Under the pieces are notes generated by a model, which worked only from the letters and a program-made list of their open reading frames with translations, did no database searches and had not been told where the DNA came from. A program made the translations under genes and the position numbers. Below are positions 1 to 8,862 of a stretch of DNA of 64,000 bases, piece by piece (within the stretch, counting starts at the first letter, position 1; each line of letters starts with the position of its first letter). The DNA comes from Candidatus Poribacteria bacterium (GTDB lineage: Bacteria > Poribacteria > WGA-4E > PCPOR2b): assembly GCA_965198175.1 (NCBI GenBank), contig OZ240245.1:4384001-4448000 (forward strand). The letters run 5' to 3'.

Positions 1-1
1 A

Positions 2-256
2 GATGTCTTATTTATTTTCAATACAGAATTGCGTTTCCCGATATATAAGTTCATCAGTGGCGCGCTGTTTTTTGACACGGGCAACGTGTGGGATAAACTG
101 AAACTCTCGGAAATTGAAGGCAACCTGCCTCGTTCAGCAATTGGTGTTGGGCTGCGTATTGAGACGCCCCTTGGACCTGCCCGTTTGGATTCCGGTTTCC
201 AGCTCACAGAGGAATTCCCGCGTCGCATCCATATTGAACTGGGGCACGCTTTTTAA
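2..256 (+). CDS. Omp85/BamA-TamA family outer-membrane beta-barrel, C-terminal part (runs off window start)
   Basis: ELRFPI...FFDTGNVW...GVGLRIETPLGPARLD...IELGHAF with terminal Phe; frame open from base 2. Confidence 0.85.
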   Translation, partial: DVLFIFNTELRFPIYKFISGALFFDTGNVWDKLKLSEIEGNLPRSAIGVGLRIETPLGPARLDSGFQLTEEFPRRIHIELGHAF

Positions 257-267
257 AGAAAAATCCC

Positions 268-296
268 TTGACAAACGCAAAGCTTCTATGTATAAT
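268..296 (+). promoter_or_regulatory. sigma70 promoter of tRNA/ribosomal protein cluster
   Basis: TTGACA(268-273), 17 nt spacer, TATAAT(291-296): perfect consensus, 14 nt before the first tRNA. Confidence 0.85.
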
Positions 297-310
297 TCAC
301 ATTTGCGTTT

Positions 311-386
311 GCTGGCGTAGCTCAACGGGCAGAGCAAGTGATTTGTAATCACTAGGTTGGGGGTTCGATTCCTCTCGCCAGCTCCA
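311..386 (+). tRNA. tRNA-Thr(UGU)
   Basis: acceptor GCTGGCG/CGCCAGC, anticodon loop TTTGTAA, GTTCGA T-loop, encoded CCA. Confidence 0.95.
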
Positions 387-403
387 TTCTCAATACACCG
401 GAT

Positions 404-485
404 GGGGAGATACCAAAGCGGCCAAACGGGGCAGACTGTAAATCTGTTGGCTATGCCTTCGGAGGTTCGAATCCTTCTCTCCCCA
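404..485 (+). tRNA. tRNA-Tyr(GUA)
   Basis: GGGGAGA/TCTCCCC acceptor, CTGTAAA loop, long variable arm, GTTCGAATC. Confidence 0.95.
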
Positions 486-530
486 TTACTTATGACGCAC
501 AGCAAAACGCGGAAGTGGTTCAGATAAAAC

Positions 531-604
531 GCGGGAGTAGCTCAGGTCGGTAGAGCATTGGCCTTCCAAGCCAATTGTCGCGGGTTCGAACCCCGTCTCC
601 CGCT
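531..604 (+). tRNA. tRNA-Gly(UCC)
   Basis: GCGGGAG/CTCCCGC acceptor, CTTCCAA loop, GTTCGAA. Confidence 0.95.
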
Positions 605-744
605 CTGAGTTCTGATTTATGGTAATCCCCCCTTTCAAGGTAGATTTGCGTGGCGAATTCGTCAAACTCCCAATCTGTCTGTCAAGTGAGTCCTTTTGCG
701 CTTAATGACGAGACCAAATGTTGGAGGGGGGATTTGTTTGCTGT

Positions 745-817
<73 letters not shown>

Positions 818-864
818 TCAGTACGCGTTTCAAACCGGGATGTAATAACTTTCGAGTGACCGTT

Positions 865-1017
865 ATGCCTAGAGATATTGTTTCGTTAGCGTGTGATGAT
901 TGCAAACGACGAAACTATGTGACGACAAGGAATAAAAGGAAACAACAAGCGCGTTATGAGTTTAAGAAATACTGTCGTTTTTGTCGGAAACACACACTAC
1001 ACAAAGAAACTCGGTAA
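865..1017 (+). CDS. rpmG: 50S ribosomal protein L33 (Zn-ribbon C+ type)
   Basis: MPRDIVSLACDDCKRRNY...KKYCRFCRKHTLHKE; ATG at 865 (longer ORF overlaps tRNA). Confidence 0.95.
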   Translation: MPRDIVSLACDDCKRRNYVTTRNKRKQQARYEFKKYCRFCRKHTLHKETR

Positions 1018-1041
1018 AACACCAATCATTTTACTGCTTGC

Positions 1042-1114
1042 AGGCCAGTGGCTCAATGGCTAGAGCATCGGTCTCCAAAACCGAGGGTTGGGGGTTCGAG
1101 TCCCTCCTGGCCTG
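1042..1114 (+). tRNA. tRNA-Trp(CCA)
   Basis: AGGCCAG/CTGGCCT acceptor, CTCCAAA loop, canonical position before secE. Confidence 0.95.
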
Positions 1115-1141
1115 CCTTTTTATTGGATAATCCTCAACTTT

Positions 1142-1516
1142 ATGATAGCTCGCGTAAAAAAATATTTTCAAGAAATTCGGATTGAATGGGAAAAGGTATC
1201 CAAACCTGACTGGAAGGATGTCCGGGGGAATACGTTTATCGTGATTGTAGCATGCGCGATTTTAGGATTTTTCCTGTGGCTTGTTGATGGCAATGCGGCT
1301 TATCCCACCTGGACCTCTGAGCCTGGGCTGATTCTGCTCATTGTAATAATTCCAATCATTCCTTTGATTGCGAAACGTTTTACGTCTAAGTGGAAAGTAT
1401 CAATTCCCATTGTGATTCTTCCCTTGGCTATTGCCGTGTGTTTTCGTTTTATTCTTGAGCAAGAAATTCAAGGTTTCGGTTTGTCTTTGCTTCGCGATTT
1501 GTTTATCCGTCGCTAG
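1142..1516 (+). CDS. secE: Preprotein translocase SecE with extra C-terminal hydrophobic segments
   Basis: YFQEIRIEWEKVSKP...NTFIVIV...WLVD SecE core; lies between tRNA-Trp and nusG. Confidence 0.85.
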   Translation: MIARVKKYFQEIRIEWEKVSKPDWKDVRGNTFIVIVACAILGFFLWLVDGNAAYPTWTSEPGLILLIVIIPIIPLIAKRFTSKWKVSIPIVILPLAIAVCFRFILEQEIQGFGLSLLRDLFIRR

Positions 1517-1578
1517 GCATGAGCTTTTGGTCATTCTGTGCTAATCCCACGACTAACTTCAATGGATAAGGGAAATCT

Positions 1579-2142
1579 ATGACCGGCTTCTGGTATATTA
1601 TCCACATCTATTCTGGACATGAAAAAAAAGTCAAGGTAAACCTTGAGCAACGGGTGCAAGCAATAGGTTTGGAGGAGGAAATCCTTCAAGTCACCATTCC
1701 GACAAGGGAAGTTGTGGAAGTTAAAAACGGCAAGAAACGAACTTTCGCACGCCCCTCTTATCCAGGATATATTCTTGTCCAAACCGCGAATGAATTGAGG
1801 GTAGATGCAGAAAATGAAGGTAGTCAGAAAAGTTGGCATCTGATTCGGGATACCCCCGGCGTGATGGGTTTTGTTGGTTCAAGTTCCCATCCACCTCCAC
1901 TTGCTGAAGAGGAGGTGCAAAATGCCCTTAATATTTCAACGGACGAGGAGAAAAGGAGACCCTCTCCAGTCGTGGACTATGTCGTTGGAGATAAGGTTAA
2001 GGTAATTGATGGGCCATTCAACGAGTTTCCCGCGGAGATTCATGGCATTGACGAGGAAAAACAGCGATTACATCTCATGATTTCTATTTTTGGTAGAACA
2101 ACCCCTATTGAACTTGACTTTTTCCAGGTCGAGAAAATTTAG
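1579..2142 (+). CDS. nusG: Transcription termination/antitermination factor NusG
   Basis: WYIIHIYSGHEKKV, YPGYILV, TPGVMGFVG, KOW GDKVKVIDGPF, IFGRTTPIELDF. Confidence 0.97.
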   Translation: MTGFWYIIHIYSGHEKKVKVNLEQRVQAIGLEEEILQVTIPTREVVEVKNGKKRTFARPSYPGYILVQTANELRVDAENEGSQKSWHLIRDTPGVMGFVGSSSHPPPLAEEEVQNALNISTDEEKRRPSPVVDYVVGDKVKVIDGPFNEFPAEIHGIDEEKQRLHLMISIFGRTTPIELDFFQVEKI

Positions 2143-2163
2143 GGTATTCTTGGAGCGATATAA

Positions 2164-2589
2164 ATGGCAAAAAAAATTGCTGGCGTTGTTAAACTTCAAC
2201 TCGTATCCGGGCAGGCAACTCCAAATCCACCTGTTGGCCCAAGCCTTGCCCCCTATATGATTAATATTCCAGAGTTCATCAAATCTTTTAATGCGAAGAC
2301 TCAAGACCAACAAGGATTAATTGTAACAACGGTTGTGACCTGTTACGCCGATCGCTCTTTTGCTTTCGAGGTGAAATCACCGCCGACAGCGGTGCTGTTG
2401 AAGCAAGCAGCAAAAATCGCGAAGGGATCAGGCGAACCAAACCGGAATAAGGTTGCCTCTGTTACACAGGAGCAAATTAAGGAAATTGCACAAACCAAAT
2501 TGCCGGATTTGAATACGGCAAGCTTGGAATCTGGGATGCGAATGGTAAAAGGAACCGCCCGGAGTATGGGCATTACAATCACGGGATAA
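2164..2589 (+). CDS. rplK: 50S ribosomal protein L11
   Basis: [26 protein letters not shown]. Confidence 0.97.
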   Translation: MAKKIAGVVKLQLVSGQATPNPPVGPSLAPYMINIPEFIKSFNAKTQDQQGLIVTTVVTCYADRSFAFEVKSPPTAVLLKQAAKIAKGSGEPNRNKVASVTQEQIKEIAQTKLPDLNTASLESGMRMVKGTARSMGITITG

Positions 2590-2603
2590 TGCGGAGGATT
2601 GCA

Positions 2604-3302
2604 ATGAAAAAAAGAGGAAAGCGGTACCGAGAGATTGCACAGGTCGTTGATCGTCTTAAGTCTTACGATTTAGATGAAGCATTACCTCTATTAAAAAAGA
2701 CAGCGACCCTGAAATTCAAAGAAACAGTCGATCTGGCTGTACATCTTGGTGTTGATCCGAGACATGCAGATCAGAATATTCGCGGTACCGTTGCATTGCC
2801 GCATGGCACCGGCAAGCAGATGCGTGTTATTGTATTTGCCGAAGGGGAAAAAGCACGTGAGGCAGAGGAGGCAGGAGCGGATGCCACCGGCAGCGATGAC
2901 CTTGTTGAGCGGATTGTCGGCGGCTGGCTGGACTTTGATGCTGTCGTTGCAACGCCAGATATGATGCGAAGGATTTCGTCGAAACTGGGGCGGATTCTAG
3001 GTCCAAGAGGATTAATGCCTAACCCAAAGGCTGGAACAGTGACGATGGATGTTGCAGAGACCGTTCGTAATATCAGAGCCGGGCAGATTGAATACCGTGT
3101 CGAAAAGCAGTCAGGAGTTATTCATGTTCCTGTCGGCAAGAGTTCGTTTGATGACTATCAAATTCAGGAGAATATTGAGACCGTCATGAGTACCCTGATT
3201 CGGGCGCGACCCTCTTCCGCAAAGGGAAGATATTTGAAGAGTGTAGCCATCTCATCAACAATGGGCGTTGGAATTCGCCTGAATCCGCAGCAATTTGGCT
3301 AA
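2604..3302 (+). CDS. rplA: 50S ribosomal protein L1
   Basis: LGVDPRHADQNIRG, LPHGTGK, LGPRGLMPNPKAGTVT, STMG; ATG 2604 after GGAGG. Confidence 0.97.
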   Translation: MKKRGKRYREIAQVVDRLKSYDLDEALPLLKKTATLKFKETVDLAVHLGVDPRHADQNIRGTVALPHGTGKQMRVIVFAEGEKAREAEEAGADATGSDDLVERIVGGWLDFDAVVATPDMMRRISSKLGRILGPRGLMPNPKAGTVTMDVAETVRNIRAGQIEYRVEKQSGVIHVPVGKSSFDDYQIQENIETVMSTLIRARPSSAKGRYLKSVAISSTMGVGIRLNPQQFG

Positions 3303-3359
3303 TAACTACTTTAAACTTGAAACGAACTATGTGTGCTTGAAAATTGAATATCTTTTGAG

Positions 3360-3517
3360 AAGCAGTCGTAGACAGTAGGTGCAATTCGCTTAAATGAGAT
3401 ATTTATAGCCTACCGAGGCTTGCATCACCATTCAGACATTAGGTATTAGGAGCTGATACTGAATACCTGTTGTCAATTTAGAAGGTAAGCCTCCAATTTG
3501 ACTGGAGGTTTTTTTTT
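3360..3517 (+). promoter_or_regulatory. L10 (rplJ) leader RNA with attenuator terminator
   Basis: CGTAGACAGTAGGTG...TTAA...CCTACCGAGG L10-leader core; hairpin AAGCCTCCA/TGGAGGTT plus T-run at 3487-3517. Confidence 0.8.
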
Positions 3518-3587
3518 GGAGATCTAAAGATTAACCGTGTACTTTTAAGCAGGCAATCAAGCCTGTGGTTACGTGAGAGGGTATCGA

Positions 3588-4154
3588 ATGCCTAACCAGA
3601 AAAATATCGAACAAGTCGAACAAATCCAGGAGCGTTTTCAGAACTCAGAAGTCATTATCCTGACCGACTTTCAAGGGCTGACGGTGGCGGAGATTAACGA
3701 ACTACGACGTCAGTTGCACGAAGCAGGTATTCAATATAAAGTCTACAAGAATACGTTAATTCGTGTCGCCGCCCAAGCGTTGGGGATTGAGAGTTTAGAA
3801 TCCTACCTCCATGGTACAACCGCCGTTGCAATGAGCAGTGATCCGGCGACGCCTTCGAAGATCTTTATAGATTTTAGCGCTGAACATGAAAACTTAAAGA
3901 TTAAGGGAGGCGTTCTGGGAAAAAGAGTCATTGATGCCGCAGCGGTTGAGGAACTTATAAAGATGCCATCGCGGGAGCAGTTGATTGCTCTTGCGGTTGG
4001 TGGTTTAAAGTCGCCAATATCCGGCTTGATGTCCGTTTTACACCAAGGTTCACCCTTGACCGGGCTGGTCAATGTTTTAAACGGTTCAATCCGACAAGTG
4101 ACAACTGTATTACAGGCAATTGCTGATCAGAAAAAAGAAGCCGAACAGGCATAA
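3588..4154 (+). CDS. rplJ: 50S ribosomal protein L10
   Basis: DFQGLTVAEINELRR, VYKNTL, IKGG, MPSREQL. Confidence 0.97.
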   Translation: MPNQKNIEQVEQIQERFQNSEVIILTDFQGLTVAEINELRRQLHEAGIQYKVYKNTLIRVAAQALGIESLESYLHGTTAVAMSSDPATPSKIFIDFSAEHENLKIKGGVLGKRVIDAAAVEELIKMPSREQLIALAVGGLKSPISGLMSVLHQGSPLTGLVNVLNGSIRQVTTVLQAIADQKKEAEQA

Positions 4155-4187
4155 ATTTTATTTGATGATAAAGAAAGGAATACAACA

Positions 4188-4589
4188 ATGGCTGATGTTG
4201 AAAAATTGATTGATGAGATAAGTAATATGACGGTTCTGGAGCTTTCCGAATTGGTGAAAGCCTTAGAAAACCAATTTGGTATCAGTGCAGCTGCGCCGAT
4301 GATGGTGGCGGGCGCCGGTATGGCGCCGGCAGGAGCGGTCGAAGGCACTGCTGCAGAGGAAACCGCCGAAGAGGAGCAAACCGAGTTTGATGTGCAGTTG
4401 AAAGAAATCGGTCCCAATAAGATTCCGGTTATCAAAGAGGTGCGGGCAATTTCCGGACTTGGTCTCAAAGAAGCTAAAGAGAAGGTCGAGTCGGCGCCGA
4501 CAGTTATCCAAGAAGCCGTCAGTAAAGAGGACGCCGAGAAATTTAAGGCGCAGTTGGAGGCCGTTGGTGCAACCGTAGAAATCCTCTAA
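4188..4589 (+). CDS. rplL: 50S ribosomal protein L7/L12
   Basis: [45 protein letters not shown]. Confidence 0.98.
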   Translation: MADVEKLIDEISNMTVLELSELVKALENQFGISAAAPMMVAGAGMAPAGAVEGTAAEETAEEEQTEFDVQLKEIGPNKIPVIKEVRAISGLGLKEAKEKVESAPTVIQEAVSKEDAEKFKAQLEAVGATVEIL

Positions 4590-4615
4590 ACACATATTTC
4601 TCAGATAGATACCTG

Positions 4616-4712
4616 ACCCAATAGGAAGTATACAAATGTCGAAACCTGCGAATTTGGCTCGCGTTCGACGCTTTTAAGAGTTTGAAATTCGCTTCTTATT
4701 GGGTTTTCTTTT
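4616..4712 (+). terminator. Long hairpin plus T-rich tract after rplL (terminator or processing stem)
   Basis: ACCCAATAGGAAGT(4616-4629) pairs with GCTTCTTATTGGGT(4691-4704); inner stems TGTCGAA/TTCGACG and GCGA/TCGC; followed by TTTCTTTT. Confidence 0.55.
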
Positions 4713-4736
4713 GCTCATGGAGGCGGATCATCCACG

Positions 4737-5570
4737 ATGATTCACATTTTTTATCTTGTTTTTAGCCAATTGGCAGTTGGCGGTTTTGGGTTGTTACTCG
4801 TTGTTCCCAAAGGTTTAGTTGGGCGTGGTTTTTTCAGACTGATGGGAACTATCTATCTCTTTATCATGATACTAACACGTTTCGCTAACCTTGCGATTAA
4901 CGGTCAACCCATCAGCTTTGAAAACTTCTTCTTCTCATGGGGTGGACACGATTCTGCATTCGTCCTCGCCTTCTTGCTTCTGACCTTAGTCTACGCGATG
5001 AGCCTGTGGATAAAATCCGACATCATTAACCGGGGCCTCTTATTCACTGGAACGATTTTGGGACTCACTTGGATTGTGTATAGCACTCAAGGCTACCTAG
5101 GGAAAATCGATCTCACTGCGGAAAAATTTCTTTTGCCCTTTCAGTTTTTGGTTTCAGCTGTTTTACTTGGTGCGGTGAATAGCGGTATGTGGTTCGGACA
5201 TTGGTATCTCGTTACCCCGCGCCTACCTGTTATTCATCTGAAGAGGTTCAACAGAATATTTCTTGTTTCACTTATCTTCTCAATCTCCCTCTTTGTTCTT
5301 AACCTCTTTCTTCGATGGCAATCTGAGAATGCTATTCCGCTAACCCCTTTTCATCAAATTGTTTTTGGTCTCAGGTTGCTGGTTGGATTTGGCGGATCTG
5401 TCACACTGTATCTCATCACTTGGTATTGTCTGCGCGATCAAGCGGTTGAGCATGATGCCGTGGGAGCAACACGAGCTGCTACAGGATTTCTTTACATTGC
5501 CATGTTGACCGTATTTACGGGTGAACTTTGCGGACGTCTGCTGTGTTTGGAACTTGGGTTCATACTATAG
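4737..5570 (+). CDS. Polytopic membrane protein with GHWYL motif (DmsC/NrfD-like topology, function unknown)
   Basis: about 8 hydrophobic segments, SGMWFGHWYL and ATGFLY...GE motifs; GGAGG RBS. Confidence 0.7.
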   Translation: MIHIFYLVFSQLAVGGFGLLLVVPKGLVGRGFFRLMGTIYLFIMILTRFANLAINGQPISFENFFFSWGGHDSAFVLAFLLLTLVYAMSLWIKSDIINRGLLFTGTILGLTWIVYSTQGYLGKIDLTAEKFLLPFQFLVSAVLLGAVNSGMWFGHWYLVTPRLPVIHLKRFNRIFLVSLIFSISLFVLNLFLRWQSENAIPLTPFHQIVFGLRLLVGFGGSVTLYLITWYCLRDQAVEHDAVGATRAATGFLYIAMLTVFTGELCGRLLCLELGFIL

Positions 5571-5776
5571 AAGGAGATTATTATTAGGCGTGAGTATGGG
5601 ACGACGAGTGAGAATTCATGCTCAAGCACCTGCTATACGGCTGTCCCAAATCATCTAACTATATGTGGATTCCGCGCATATTGCGAAGCCAATCCATGCG
5701 ATTGCTGGACTTGCTCGCGATGCACCTCTCATGATTCGGTGACGCTATAGAAGGCTGGAAGGAGGGGTAGAACAGA

Positions 5777-7306
5777 TTATGTCTCATAATTTATGAGCAT
5801 AGCATCTAGTTTCTGTAGGATAGCATCTTTGGTGGTGGGATTTGCTTTGTATCGATAGTAGTGTTTGAGTACTTTGCTAACATGTTGTTCGGTTTGGCGC
5901 ATTAACGGAACATTCCTCTGTACTCGTCCAGGACCTGCATTATAAGCGGCAAGTGCAAGCGCATAGTTGCCATCGTACCTTTTCAGCATACGGCTCAGAT
6001 ACTTAACGCCGGCTTCCAAGTTTTTGCGCGGATGAAAGCGTTCATCCGTTTGCGGATCTCGAGTTGGCTTGTGTGAATTCCGATAGTTTGGGACTTTCAG
6101 CCCAAGTTCCCGAGCGGTGAAAGACATCAATTGTGTTAGCCCAACTGCTCCGGAGTTTGAAATTGCATCAGGCTGGAAGTTTGATTCTACCCTTACCATG
6201 GCGAGGATAAGTTCAAGTTCAACGTCATACAGTTTCGCAATCTGGAAGGTTGGAGAGGCAGTGATGTTCCCGACGTCGGCTACCGATTGGCTCTTTTTCT
6301 CTCGGTGTTCTACGTGGGGGATGGATTGATCGATTTTGGTTTTCGGGAAAGGACCAAATGTAACACCGACGGAAAGCACGTGTTTATATTTCAGATTGGA
6401 CTGAGCCAAGTAAGCATAGTGAATCAATTTGCCCCAACGACTAATCGAAAGCCCTAAACTCCAGTGTAACGGTTGCTCCCGATTTCTCAGATCAATCGCC
6501 GAACCCAACCGAAAGGCAACACCGTGCACTCCCGTTTCCGCGCCTGCTTTAAGCTTCCGTGCTGTCGCGTCCAGCATGCTATTCAACTGCAAATGTTGGA
6601 GGGGTGTCCACGTTGCACCGAGGGCGACCTGCGTATCATACGTCTGAATATTACCTCTTCCATCCGGAATCTCTACGCCAGCGATATCGAACCCCGTTGC
6701 CCCCAATGTGAGGTTCGGGGTAATTTTCACAATTATTCCCAAGTCATAACTCTGTTTCCATCTACTGCCTCTGTAGGGGGCACGCCGATACCCGATATTT
6801 CCCCCAATCAACCAATTTGTGCTCAACGATCTCGCATAGGATAGGATGGCTTGATTGTGTCCTCTCTCGAAAGTCCCAATCGGGTTGTTCGGATGCTCAA
6901 TTAAGAAACGATCGTCACCGTTCAAATCCAACAGGCTGAAACCGAATGTTCCAATTTTTGGATGAATTGGATACCCAACAGAAAATCCGCCTTGTGAGAG
7001 ATCGTAGATAAAATTTCCCTTTTGAAGGCTCGCAAGCCCTGCCGGATTCCATAACGCTCCTGTTGAATCATCGACGCTACTGATAAAAGCGCCGCCCATC
7101 CCCAATGCTCTCGCTCCGATTTCAGGACGATCCGCCGCGAGTGCAAATGGAGTGAAGAATAGCGAAAAGAGCACGACTCCCGCCCAGACTTGGCGACAAC
7201 ACCTATGCCAATGACATCTAGATGTAGCGAGAGCTATCCACGCTTTTGCCTTTCCACCGGATTTCAAAATGTAGATGGGGACCTGTTGCATGCCCACTAC
7301 TCCCAC
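5777..7306 (-). CDS. PorV/FadL-like beta-barrel fused to C-terminal soluble lytic transglycosylase (SLT) domain; start uncertain
   Basis: signal peptide ..FALA, GARALGMGGAF..DDSTGALWNPAGL, amphipathic strands; then VESNF..A.S..GAVGLTQLM, NLEAGVKYL, ALAAYNAGPG. Confidence 0.8.
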   Translation of the reverse strand: MGVVGMQQVPIYILKSGGKAKAWIALATSRCHWHRCCRQVWAGVVLFSLFFTPFALAADRPEIGARALGMGGAFISSVDDSTGALWNPAGLASLQKGNFIYDLSQGGFSVGYPIHPKIGTFGFSLLDLNGDDRFLIEHPNNPIGTFERGHNQAILSYARSLSTNWLIGGNIGYRRAPYRGSRWKQSYDLGIIVKITPNLTLGATGFDIAGVEIPDGRGNIQTYDTQVALGATWTPLQHLQLNSMLDATARKLKAGAETGVHGVAFRLGSAIDLRNREQPLHWSLGLSISRWGKLIHYAYLAQSNLKYKHVLSVGVTFGPFPKTKIDQSIPHVEHREKKSQSVADVGNITASPTFQIAKLYDVELELILAMVRVESNFQPDAISNSGAVGLTQLMSFTARELGLKVPNYRNSHKPTRDPQTDERFHPRKNLEAGVKYLSRMLKRYDGNYALALAAYNAGPGRVQRNVPLMRQTEQHVSKVLKHYYRYKANPTTKDAILQKLDAMLINYET

Positions 7307-8057
7307 TTAACCCGATAATCTGTCCACTTTTAACCTTCTGTCCCGCTTTGACTCGAATGGCAGACAAGTGTCCATACCATGTTGTATATCCACCAGTATG
7401 TTCAATGACAACGATTCTCCCATATCCGCGATCCCACCTCGCGCGAACAACTCTCCCGCTTTTGGAGGCATAAACACGCGTTCTCGATTTGGCTCGAAAA
7501 TCGGTGCCGTGGTGGAATTTCAACCTCTTACTGATTGGATGGCGACGATAACCGTAATTAGAGGTAACCGTTAAACGATTGCGCAGTGGGGCTTTGAAAC
7601 CTATTGCATGGGGATTGGGGATGAAGAGCTTCTGCTTCGGTTGAATCATGTGTGGGGATCTCAGCTTGGGATTGGCTTTCCTTATGCTCTTCCACGCAAC
7701 GTTGTGTTTTCTTCCAATTCCATATAACGTATCCCCTGTCTTAACTCTATACCAGGTACCATCAATCCGTTGGGAAGGTGCGACACCGGGGATGAATAAC
7801 TTTCTCCCAATGTTCAAGCGACGTGGAGAATGGATACGATTGGCACTGAAAATGGATCGCACAGATACATGGTATTTCTTCGCAATACCCGATACAGTAT
7901 CTCCCTTACGTACCCGATGCCACAAGCCCCATGCCTGCGATGTGGTAGCTAAAGTTGTATCTATTGAAAAAAAGAAAATCAGGATGGTTACGGTTACGCT
8001 AGTAAAGGATAAACGTAATCGTGAACATAGACCGGCGCTTGGTGAACACCCTAGCAT
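7218..8057 (-). CDS. LysM x2 + M23 metallopeptidase (NlpD/MepM-like)
   Basis: HRVRKGDTVSGIA and YRVKTGDTLYGIG LysM repeats; HHGTDF, YGHL, TGPHLHFE. Confidence 0.92.
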   Translation of the reverse strand: MLGCSPSAGLCSRLRLSFTSVTVTILIFFFSIDTTLATTSQAWGLWHRVRKGDTVSGIAKKYHVSVRSIFSANRIHSPRRLNIGRKLFIPGVAPSQRIDGTWYRVKTGDTLYGIGRKHNVAWKSIRKANPKLRSPHMIQPKQKLFIPNPHAIGFKAPLRNRLTVTSNYGYRRHPISKRLKFHHGTDFRAKSRTRVYASKSGRVVRARWDRGYGRIVVIEHTGGYTTWYGHLSAIRVKAGQKVKSGQIIGLSGSSGHATGPHLHFEIRWKGKSVDSSRYI

Positions 8058-8221
8058 CTATTACTCCTTATAACGGGAAAGGTTTGTGACAAAGATTGTG
8101 TAATGAGAGTTTCGGCGCTATTACAGGAGGCGAGTTTCTTACTAAACCCTTGGAGATTGGTTGGGCTGGTGTCTCGACCTCTCACGAAATTGGCGCTTCG
8201 TCTTAACTATACTAACGGAAA

Positions 8222-8710
8222 TTAACTTGGTGTGACTGTAAGCAGTATTGTTTGGGTGTCTGTAAGGACTTCGGTATTTGTATCAACGCCTGATTCCTTA
8301 ACCGAAATTACTTGGCTAACTCCCGTGGCAATCAGTTGTATGACTTCAACTTTGACTTCGAGAGAGTCCAATGTCTGTGGCGCGGTCCAGAGTGCACTAT
8401 GTTGATTCACAACTGAAAGTTCGCCGTACTCTGTCACGTTCACCCAATTGAGTAGGAGATTTGTACCTCGAATCCCGTCAACGGTTGCCTTCATGTTAAC
8501 CACTTCTCCCGTCTGAACAGTGGTCTTGCTCACCTCAACATTAACGTTGAGTGATTGGGTATGTTGGTCTGCTGGTGATAGATTATCGGTGTTCTCTTCC
8601 GGTTCTTGAATGGGATTCTCAATGCTGCTGCCGCCACAACCAATCAGCCATACGACCATACCGAATAGAATGATGTGTGAGCAAATTGGAGGTCTGCATA
8701 GTTTAATCAT
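8222..8710 (-). CDS. Lipoprotein with Ig/PKD-like beta domain
   Basis: lipobox LIGC; beta-rich domain with ALWTAP motif. Confidence 0.7.
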   Translation of the reverse strand: MIKLCRPPICSHIILFGMVVWLIGCGGSSIENPIQEPEENTDNLSPADQHTQSLNVNVEVSKTTVQTGEVVNMKATVDGIRGTNLLLNWVNVTEYGELSVVNQHSALWTAPQTLDSLEVKVEVIQLIATGVSQVISVKESGVDTNTEVLTDTQTILLTVTPS

Positions 8711-8862
8711 TATTCTCTCCTTGAGCGCGAAAAGTGAAAGACAAGATGTATTGACAAAACGTTCTTACGATACGGAAAGTTTCAACAAGACGCGGAGAGA
8801 ATTCCTAAAAATTGTCAATTTTTGTGGCAATTATTCTCTACTCTCTGTTCTGGAACTTCGGG

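Noticed and set aside
5590..5750. Possible small gene after the GHWYL membrane protein
   Set aside because: The frame is interrupted by stops and has no recognisable similarity.
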